A stretch of DNA of 26,774 bases from Eubacteriales bacterium (GTDB lineage Bacteria; Bacillota; Clostridia; Christensenellales; CAG-138). Made by a program: the position numbers and the translations under genes. Shown piece by piece: positions 20,230 to 26,774 of this stretch (its first letter is position 1; every line of letters starts with the position of its first letter). The stretch lies in the NCBI GenBank assembly GCA_028701165.1, contig JAQVRG010000002.1, positions 1 through 26,774 of the forward strand, given 5' to 3'. The notes below the pieces were generated by a model. That model was not told where the DNA came from. It did not search any database and was given only the letters and a program-made list of their open reading frames with translations.

Positions 20230-20922
20230 ATGAACGCACAGGAAATCATTCGCTATATCAGCGAGGCGGAGAAAAAAACGCCGGTCAAGCTGTACATAAA
20301 GGAAAAGCGCCCCATCGATTACGGCGACGCGCAGGTTTTCGGCGCGGGCGACAAGATCGTATTCGGCGAGTGGAAGGCGCTCGCGCCTATTTTAGAGCAA
20401 AACCGCGACGCCATCGCCGATATCGTGATCGAAAACGACCGCCGCAATTCCGCCATCCCCATGCTCGACCTCAAGGATATCCAAGCCCGCATAGAGCCGG
20501 GCGCGATCATCCGTGAGCAGGTGGAGATCGGCAAGGGCGCTGTCATTATGATGGGCGCGGTGATCAACATCGGCGCGGTGATCGGCGAGAATACGATGAT
20601 CGACATGGGCGCGATCCTTGGCGGCAGGGCGACCGTGGGCAAAAACTGCCACATCGGCGCGGGGGCGGTACTCGCGGGCGTGATCGAGCCAGCCAGCGCA
20701 ACGCCCGTGATCGTGGAGGATAACGTGCTTGTGGGCGCAAACGCCGTGGTGATCGAAGGCGTGCATATCGGCGAAAACGCCGTCGTCGCGGCAGGCGCCG
20801 TTGTGCTTTCGGACGTGCCGCCCAATACGGTAGTGGCGGGCACGCCCGCGCGCGTCATCAAACAGAAGGACGAAAAAACCAGCGCCAAGACCGCGCTGGA
20901 GGAAGCGCTTCGCGCGCTGTAG
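20230..20922 (+). CDS. dapH: 2,3,4,5-tetrahydropyridine-2,6-dicarboxylate N-acetyltransferase
   Basis: [30 protein letters not shown], hexapeptide repeats [10 protein letters not shown]...NIGAVIG, and [13 protein letters not shown]. Typical of Firmicutes DapH (often annotated dapD). Confidence 0.95.
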   Translation: MNAQEIIRYISEAEKKTPVKLYIKEKRPIDYGDAQVFGAGDKIVFGEWKALAPILEQNRDAIADIVIENDRRNSAIPMLDLKDIQARIEPGAIIREQVEIGKGAVIMMGAVINIGAVIGENTMIDMGAILGGRATVGKNCHIGAGAVLAGVIEPASATPVIVEDNVLVGANAVVIEGVHIGENAVVAAGAVVLSDVPPNTVVAGTPARVIKQKDEKTSAKTALEEALRAL

Positions 20923-20991
20923 CGCCGCCTCAGCTTATCGACAAAGGTCATTCGCCCTTTGTCGATGGTCTGAATGACGCTGTAGCGCCGC
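20915..20991. repeat. Small inverted-repeat element between two 14-bp direct repeats (MITE/IS-end remnant candidate)
   Basis: cgctgtagcgccgc occurs at 20915-20928 and 20978-20991. Between them is an 11-bp perfect IR atcgacaaagg/cctttgtcgat (20937-20947/20956-20966), extended by tcag/ctga. Confidence 0.7.
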
Positions 20992-21012
20992 TTCCCGTTA
21001 ACGGTGATTGCA

Positions 21013-21044
21013 AAAAATCCCCCGCAGCCTTGCGAGGGATTTTT
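21013..21044. terminator. Bidirectional intrinsic terminator (dap operon / ATPase)
   Basis: AAAAATCCC-c-CGCA / TGCG-a-GGGATTTTT stem-loop with A/T tails on both sides, between convergent genes. Confidence 0.85.
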
Positions 21045-21058
21045 GTTGTCGTGAAACG

Positions 21059-23692
21059 TTACTTTTTCGCCGTTTTCCTTTGGATGAGCTTCACAAGCTC
21101 CACGATGGGGATCACGCAGAAAGCAAGCGCCATCGCTACCGCGTATTCGCTCACACTGATCATTTCAAACCCGAAGGCGTCCGCGAGGAAGGGTACATAA
21201 AGCACCGTGGTCGTCAAGAGCAGGCTCAAAGCCGCCGCGCCCCAAAGGAATTTGTTCTGTGTTTTGATGGTGAACACGCTCCCGCGCTGGGAACGCATGC
21301 TGAAGCTGTGGAAGATCTCCGCCATGCTCATGGTCAAAAACGCCATGGTCATGCCGTCGGCGCTGTCGGTAATCTCCCAAACGCCGGCTTCCATAAAGTG
21401 GCCGATAAAGTAGGCCGCCAGCGTCAAAATCGTGATAAGCAGCCCCTGATACGCCACGTCAAAGCCCACGCCGCCCGCAAACACGCCGTCGTGCGGGTCG
21501 CGCGGCGCGCGCTGCATCAGATCCGCCTCCGCCGATTCGCCGCCTAACGCGAGCGCGGGGAAGCAGTCGGTGATCAAATTGATCCAAAGCAGATGCACCG
21601 GGCGCAAGATGGTAAAGCCCAAAAGCGTCGCCGTAAAGATGCTCAGCACCTCGCTCATGTTGGAGGAGAGCAGGAACTGGATCGCTTTGCGTATGTTGTC
21701 ATAGATGCGGCGGCCTTCCTCGACGGCGCCCACGATGGTGGCGAAATTATCGTCGGAAAGCACCATGTCCGCCACGTTCTTGGTAACGTCCGTACCCGTG
21801 ATGCCCATGCCCACGCCGATATCGGCATTTTTGATGGAGGGCGCGTCGTTCACGCCGTCGCCGGTCATGGCGGTCACACAGCCGAGGTTCCGCCATGCGT
21901 TGACGATGCGCACCTTATGCTCGGGCTGCACGCGGGCGTACACGCCGTAGCATGCCACGTCGCGCTGGAAATCCTCCTCGCTGATGTCATCGAGCATCGC
22001 GCCGGTGATCGCCTGCGCGGGGTCCGTGATGATGCCAAGCTCCATGGCGATGGCGATGGCGGTATCCCTGTGATCGCCCGTGATCATGATGGGGCGTATG
22101 CCCGCCTTGCGGCATTCCTCTATCGCGTCCTTCACCTCGGGGCGAACCGGGTCGATCATGCCCGTAAGGCCGATAAATACGAGCTCCTGTTCAAGATTCT
22201 TCGGCGAACAGTCCTCGGGAACCTCGTTATACTGCCGCATCGCCGCGCATAAAACGCGCAGCGCCTTATCCGCAAGCGCCTTATTCTCCAGCAGCACCGT
22301 GTCGCGCATTTCGCGCGTGAGGGGCACAGCCTCGCCGTCCTTTAAATAATAGGCGCAGCGCCGCAACACTTCGTCCGGCGCGCCTTTGGTAAACTGCACG
22401 ATACCGTTCTTCGTCTCATGCAGCGTGCTCATCATCTTGCGCATGCTGTCAAACGGCGCTTCCGCCACGCGCGGCATATTCATGGAAAGGTCGGGCTTCA
22501 AAAACCCGTTTGCCGTCGCAAAATTCACGAGCGCGCACTCCGTAGGCTCGCCTACAGCCTTGCCGTTTTCATCCGGCTCCGCGTCGCAGCAGAGCGTCAT
22601 CGCCGTAGCGATCTGCGAAAGGTTGTTTTCCGGCCAATGCGCCACAACGGTCATCTTGTTTTGGGTAAGCGTGCCGGTCTTGTCGCTGCAAATGATCTGC
22701 GCGCAGCCCAGCGTTTCCACCGCCGTCAAGCGGCGGATGATGGCGTTGCGCTTGGACATGTTGGTAACGCCCATGGACAGCACGATCGTAACGACCGCCA
22801 CCAGTCCCTCCGGTATCGCGGCTACGGCAAGGCTCACGGCAACCATGAAGGTATCCAGCACCGTTTCGCCGCTGAAGCTTCCCGCGCGAATCAAATTGAG
22901 CGCGAATATGAATATGCAGATGCCCAGCACCAGCCATGTGAGAATCCGGCTTAGCTGCGCAAGCTTGATTTGCAGCGGCGTCTGCCCCTCCTCCGCTTGG
23001 GAGAGGGCGTCGGCGATCTTACCCATCTCGGTTTCCGCGCCCGTTGCAACCACGACGGCCTTGCCGCGCCCGTAAACCACCTCGCTGCCCATATAGACCA
23101 TGTTCTTACGGTCGCCCAGCGGCACATTTTCGCCGCCCAACGCCTCGATCGCCTTCTCAACAGGCACGCTCTCGCCCGTAAGGGCAGCTTCCTCGATCTG
23201 TAGGCTGTGGCTTTCCATCAAACGCGCGTCCGCGGGCACGGCGTCGCCCGCTTCGAGCAGCACCACGTCGCCGGGCACGAGTTCCTCGCTCTTGATGCGG
23301 TGCACATGCCCGTCCCGCAGCACCTGACAGGTCGCGGCGGACATCTGCTGCAAGGCTTCGATCGCCTTCTCCGCCTTGTTTTCCTGATAAACGCCAAGCA
23401 CCGCGTTAACGATCACCACCACCATGATGATGATCACATCCGCAAAGCTTTCGCCCGCGTATACGGCGGTAACGCCGCTGATGAGCGCCGCCGCGATCAG
23501 GATGAGGATCATGGGGTCCTTCATCTGATCAAAAAAGCGCTTGATCAGCGACGCCTTGGGCGCTTCCTTGAGTTTATTCAAACCGTAGGTCTTAACGCGT
23601 TCCGCCGCCTGCGCGTTGGTGAGCCCGTTGCCGTCCGTTTCCAAATGCCGCAGCACCGCGCCGACAGTCTCGAGATAATGCTTCATCTGCAT
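21059..23692 (-). CDS. P-type IIA cation-transporting ATPase (probably Ca2+; SERCA/YloB-like), 877 aa
   Basis: TGES, AIPEGL, phosphorylation motif DKTGTLT, KGAP, MITGD, TGDGVNDAP, TM5 LSSNMSE and TM6 WINLITD. Start set at ATG 23692 after GAAAGGA (23686 is also possible). Confidence 0.94.
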   Translation of the reverse strand: MQMKHYLETVGAVLRHLETDGNGLTNAQAAERVKTYGLNKLKEAPKASLIKRFFDQMKDPMILILIAAALISGVTAVYAGESFADVIIIMVVVIVNAVLGVYQENKAEKAIEALQQMSAATCQVLRDGHVHRIKSEELVPGDVVLLEAGDAVPADARLMESHSLQIEEAALTGESVPVEKAIEALGGENVPLGDRKNMVYMGSEVVYGRGKAVVVATGAETEMGKIADALSQAEEGQTPLQIKLAQLSRILTWLVLGICIFIFALNLIRAGSFSGETVLDTFMVAVSLAVAAIPEGLVAVVTIVLSMGVTNMSKRNAIIRRLTAVETLGCAQIICSDKTGTLTQNKMTVVAHWPENNLSQIATAMTLCCDAEPDENGKAVGEPTECALVNFATANGFLKPDLSMNMPRVAEAPFDSMRKMMSTLHETKNGIVQFTKGAPDEVLRRCAYYLKDGEAVPLTREMRDTVLLENKALADKALRVLCAAMRQYNEVPEDCSPKNLEQELVFIGLTGMIDPVRPEVKDAIEECRKAGIRPIMITGDHRDTAIAIAMELGIITDPAQAITGAMLDDISEEDFQRDVACYGVYARVQPEHKVRIVNAWRNLGCVTAMTGDGVNDAPSIKNADIGVGMGITGTDVTKNVADMVLSDDNFATIVGAVEEGRRIYDNIRKAIQFLLSSNMSEVLSIFTATLLGFTILRPVHLLWINLITDCFPALALGGESAEADLMQRAPRDPHDGVFAGGVGFDVAYQGLLITILTLAAYFIGHFMEAGVWEITDSADGMTMAFLTMSMAEIFHSFSMRSQRGSVFTIKTQNKFLWGAAALSLLLTTTVLYVPFLADAFGFEMISVSEYAVAMALAFCVIPIVELVKLIQRKTAKK

Positions 23693-23775
23693 AAATATCC
23701 TTTCTGATTTTAACGGTATCTTAACGTGCAAACAGCCCCGCAGAGGGCGCGGCGTCTGCGTTGTCGGGTTTGTCT

Positions 23776-23804
23776 ATCATATTATAATTCCTGCAAAGGC
23801 GCAA
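23776..23804 (-). promoter_or_regulatory. Possible ATPase promoter overlapping the 3' end of the Na/Pi gene
   Basis: Minus strand TTGCGC (23804-23799), 17 bp, TATGAT (23781-23776). An adjacent TATAAT lies at 23786-23781. Confidence 0.45.
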
Positions 23805-25581
23805 GATACTGTTTGCGCTTTTTTTCCATTTCCGTGGCATACGCCGCATCCTTGCCCTTATGCAGCTCCCTAAGGTACGCGTGATGGTTGTCCATAATCT
23901 GCGGATCGTCGCGGCCAAGAAGAAATACGGCAATGCTGGAGCATTGATCCGCGGCGCGGCCTATATTGGTCAGCGCCTCGATAAAGATCAAGCCCGCGCC
24001 TACGGTGCAGGTGCCTACCTTCAGGCGCTGCACATGCCCATCCTTAAGCATAGCGACAAGGTCGTCTATGACCTCCTCCAGCGGCTCCACCTTCTTGGCA
24101 AGCGCCGAATCGCCGGATTCGAACGCCTGTACGGTGAGCGCCACGATCTCCTGCACAGCCGCTTGGATGATCTCCAGCTCCTTTTGCGCTTGTTCCGAGA
24201 AGATAACGCCCTCGCGCATCTTGCGTTCGCCCAAATGATTCAGGTTGTTGGCGTAATCGCCTATGCGCTCAAAATCCGTTACGGCTTGCAGCAATAGATT
24301 GAGCTGCCGATTATCCTCGGGCGATTCGATCAGGCGTGAAAGCTTGATCAGATAGTTTTCCGCCGTATCCGTAAACGCGTCGATGCGATCCTCATAGGTA
24401 TCCACCTTCTCGCTGCGCGTAGGGGTATATTCCTGTAGCTGCTTGAAGGCGCGGTTCAGATTCTTCTCCACCAGCTCGCCCATGCGGGTAATGCCCTTAG
24501 ACGTCTGCGAAAGGGCGATGGCGGGGGAAATAAAGAGCTTTTCGTCAAGCACGGCAAGCTCGGAAAGCTCCTTCTTCTCGGCTTCCTCCTCCGGATCCTC
24601 CCGTATGATCTTCTTGGAGAGGGCGACAAGCTGGTTGGTAAAGGGCAGCAGCACGATCGCCGTGATCAGATTGAATAACGTCTGGAAATTGGCAATGTCG
24701 CCGCTGTCTACGATCTTTGTCCAAAGTGCCGGCATCGCGCCCATGCGGTGCATAAGCGTCATCACGATCATAAAAAGGATCGTGCCGATCGTATTGAATA
24801 CGATATGCACGATCCCCGTCCGCTTGGCGTCCTTGGAGGTACCGATGGAGCACACGAACGCGGTGGTCACGCAGGTGCCCAAATTGATGCCCATAATAAC
24901 GGGATAGATAAGGCTGAAGGTCATGACGCCCGTGCTGGAGAGCGCTTGAAGCATACCCACCATAGCCGACGAGCTCTGCACGATCACGGTCAAGATCAAG
25001 CCGGCCGCAATACCCAGCAGGGGAATGTCGGTGGCTTCCTGCAACACGCTAAGGAACGCGCCGGACGTGGCAAGCGGCTGCACCGCGGCGGTCATGCCCA
25101 ATAAACCCATAAAGAGCACGCCAAAGCCCATAAGGATCTGCCCCGTTCCCTTCGTGCTCGCCTTTTTGATGAACATGATCAAGATGATGCCGGCGATCAT
25201 CGCAAGGGGCGCGAGCGTGGAGGGCTTAAAGAATTCCAGCATGATGTTGCCGGAGGTTTCAAGATCCATCAGCCGTATGATCTGCGCGGTGACGGTGGTG
25301 CCGATATTGGCGCCCAATACGATGCTGACCGCCTGCTTGAGGTTTAAGATGCCCGCCCCGATCAAGCCCACCGTCAATACGATCGTCGCCGTGGAGCTTT
25401 GGATCACCGCCGTGACCAGCGTTCCCGTCAGCACGCCCATCAGCGCGTTATGCGTCAGCTTTTCCAAGACGCGCTTGAGCGTATCGTCCGAATTGTTTTT
25501 TAATCCGTCCCCCATGATCTCCATGCCATAGAGAAACATGGCGAGGCAGCCCAGCAAGGATATGACTGCAAAAATATCCAT
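23782..25581 (-). CDS. Na+/phosphate cotransporter family protein with C-terminal PhoU-like helical domains (599 aa)
   Basis: Two repeats of QSS..A...G...GANIGTT / QSSSA...GINLGTC, then HIVFNTIG and a helical C-terminus with D.ERIGD. Start set at ATG 25581 (MDIFAVISLLG..FLYGM) after GAAAGGGA. Confidence 0.92.
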   Translation of the reverse strand: MDIFAVISLLGCLAMFLYGMEIMGDGLKNNSDDTLKRVLEKLTHNALMGVLTGTLVTAVIQSSTATIVLTVGLIGAGILNLKQAVSIVLGANIGTTVTAQIIRLMDLETSGNIMLEFFKPSTLAPLAMIAGIILIMFIKKASTKGTGQILMGFGVLFMGLLGMTAAVQPLATSGAFLSVLQEATDIPLLGIAAGLILTVIVQSSSAMVGMLQALSSTGVMTFSLIYPVIMGINLGTCVTTAFVCSIGTSKDAKRTGIVHIVFNTIGTILFMIVMTLMHRMGAMPALWTKIVDSGDIANFQTLFNLITAIVLLPFTNQLVALSKKIIREDPEEEAEKKELSELAVLDEKLFISPAIALSQTSKGITRMGELVEKNLNRAFKQLQEYTPTRSEKVDTYEDRIDAFTDTAENYLIKLSRLIESPEDNRQLNLLLQAVTDFERIGDYANNLNHLGERKMREGVIFSEQAQKELEIIQAAVQEIVALTVQAFESGDSALAKKVEPLEEVIDDLVAMLKDGHVQRLKVGTCTVGAGLIFIEALTNIGRAADQCSSIAVFLLGRDDPQIMDNHHAYLRELHKGKDAAYATEMEKKRKQYLAPLQEL

Positions 25582-25633
25582 TCTTCTTCCCTTTCGGCCA
25601 CTTCTAGCCAAATACTCAAATTTCTACATTTAT

Positions 25634-25662
25634 ATCTTACTGGTTGCCCGCCGCGTTTGCAA
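25634..25662 (-). promoter_or_regulatory. Probable promoter for the Na/Pi cotransporter
   Basis: Minus strand TTGCAA (25662-25657), 17 bp, TAAGAT (25639-25634). Confidence 0.55.
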
Positions 25663-25717
25663 TGATAAATTTTCTTTGCGCGCGCGGTAAAATATGCCGT
25701 GCGCGCTCCGGCGCGCC

Positions 25718-25754
25718 AAAAAGCGTCCCCGCGCCTTAATGCGCGGGGACGCTT
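25718..25754 (-). terminator. Intrinsic terminator after the 25773 gene
   Basis: Perfect 14-bp IR aagcgtccccgcgc/gcgcggggacgctt (25721-25734/25741-25754). It ends in a TTTTT run on the minus strand. Confidence 0.85.
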
Positions 25755-25772
25755 CGCTTTCGTTATCTTCTA

Positions 25773-26774
25773 TCAGCCCGCGAAATAAAACTGATACAGC
25801 GGGGTCATCCTGTAGATCACGCCGTCATAGGTTCGAAGCTGATAAACCAGCGGATCGTATTCCACCATCTTCGCGTAATTATCCTTGAACCACGCAAACG
25901 CCGCCTTCGTATCCGCGAAGTCCGGCTGCTCGCCCCCCGTAATCAGGGTGTAGATCGTGTCCCAATCCACCGCGTCCGTAGAAAGCAGCCGCAGCTTTTC
26001 ATCCGGCTGCGTATCCGCCACGATGGAGGGAACGTAGACCTCGCTGTCCTCTTCATCCTGCTTCCAATACAGCTGCACATGATGCACATCGAATACGATA
26101 GCGTCGTCCTCGCCCGTAATGCCGGTGATCTGCGCCACGGCGTTGCTCGCGTCCGCGCCCGCGCTGACGCTCATGGGAAAGAAGGGCTCCGCGATCCCTT
26201 CGAGCTTCGCGTTCGGCTTGAGATCAAATACATAGGTGGAAAGAAGCGGCGCGTCCGGCTCGGCGGCGCTCAAAAACGCGACGAACGCCGTATAGCCCTG
26301 CTCCCCAAAGGGGATCACACGCATGATCTCGCTGTAGGCGTCGCCGCTGTCGGAAAGCTCCAGCGTATACGTCTCCGCTTCCTTATCATAAGCCATGCTC
26401 TCCATATCCTTGGGAAGCGCAGGCAGGTCGTCAAGCGACGCAAAGCACGCGCCGGCAAACTCCTCCATCACCTTTTTCGGTATGGTTACAACGTCATCCC
26501 GCGTTCTGTCAATGGAATCGCTTTTGATATCCGCATTGACGCAAAGATGATACAGCACGCTCCAAACAAACGCGGGATCCTCCGGATTATATCCGCCCGT
26601 TTCAGCCTCCCGCAGCGCGCGTACGCCCGCGTCCATAACGGGCAGCATCGCTTCCGCGACGGCGTTCGCTTCTTCATCCACCTGCTGCTCGGAAGGCGGC
26701 GCAAGCTCCTCTATGGGCGCAAGCGTTTCCACAGGCGCGGCGGTCTGCGCGATCGTCGGCGTTTGCGTAGCGGC
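25773..26774 (-). CDS. Uncharacterised acidic, probably exported/lipoprotein (5' end outside the window)
   Basis: The frame stays open past the ORF-track GTG (26732) to the window edge: AATQTPTIAQTAAPVETLAPIEELAPPSE..., an Ala/Thr/Pro linker followed by an Asp/Glu-rich globular region. A terminator follows the stop. The signal peptide is not visible, so export is inferred. Confidence 0.8.
   Translation of the reverse strand, partial: AATQTPTIAQTAAPVETLAPIEELAPPSEQQVDEEANAVAEAMLPVMDAGVRALREAETGGYNPEDPAFVWSVLYHLCVNADIKSDSIDRTRDDVVTIPKKVMEEFAGACFASLDDLPALPKDMESMAYDKEAETYTLELSDSGDAYSEIMRVIPFGEQGYTAFVAFLSAAEPDAPLLSTYVFDLKPNAKLEGIAEPFFPMSVSAGADASNAVAQITGITGEDDAIVFDVHHVQLYWKQDEEDSEVYVPSIVADTQPDEKLRLLSTDAVDWDTIYTLITGGEQPDFADTKAAFAWFKDNYAKMVEYDPLVYQLRTYDGVIYRMTPLYQFYFAG

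Noticed and set aside
20915-20991. CRISPR mini-array (two repeats plus spacer)
   Set aside because: The repeat is only 14 bp, the spacer is itself a hairpin, there are only two copies, and no cas genes are present.
23693-23775. yybP-ykoY (Mn2+) or fluoride riboswitch upstream of the P-type ATPase
   Set aside because: The leader is short and lacks the GGGGAGUA-type or GGCGAUGG-type consensus. Only a 6-bp stem with a 10-nt loop is present.

Overview
GC-rich (roughly 60% by eye, not computed) core-genome segment of a Firmicutes/Clostridia-type bacterium. The left half is a minus-strand block: rpoB-rpoC-[uncharacterised Cys-rich two-TM protein]-rpsL-rpsG-fusA, with fusA running off the window. 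It is preceded by a PfkB sugar kinase rather than rplJL. The middle holds a CPBP intramembrane protease, an HTH + S24-peptidase repressor and a convergent M20 amidohydrolase + GH1 beta-glucosidase pair. Divergent from that pair is a lysine-riboswitch-controlled lysC-dapA-dapB-dapH operon. The right end has a P-type IIA ATPase, a Na/Pi cotransporter and a truncated acidic, probably exported, protein. I found no rRNA, tRNA, CRISPR array, transposase or prophage genes. The best leads are: (1) the Cys-rich membrane protein coupled to rpoC at the slot where Firmicutes often carry an L7Ae-family gene; (2) a ~50-bp inverted-repeat element flanked by a 14-bp duplication of the dapH stop region; (3) structured rpoB and rpsL leaders; (4) an S24 repressor lacking the Ala-Gly cleavage site, with a palindrome on its own -35; (5) a str-operon EF-G substituted at normally invariant positions; (6) an atypical lysine aptamer whose antiterminator can be read from the sequence; (7) an internal start in lysC for a beta subunit. 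None is proven; all pairings and motifs were read by eye.
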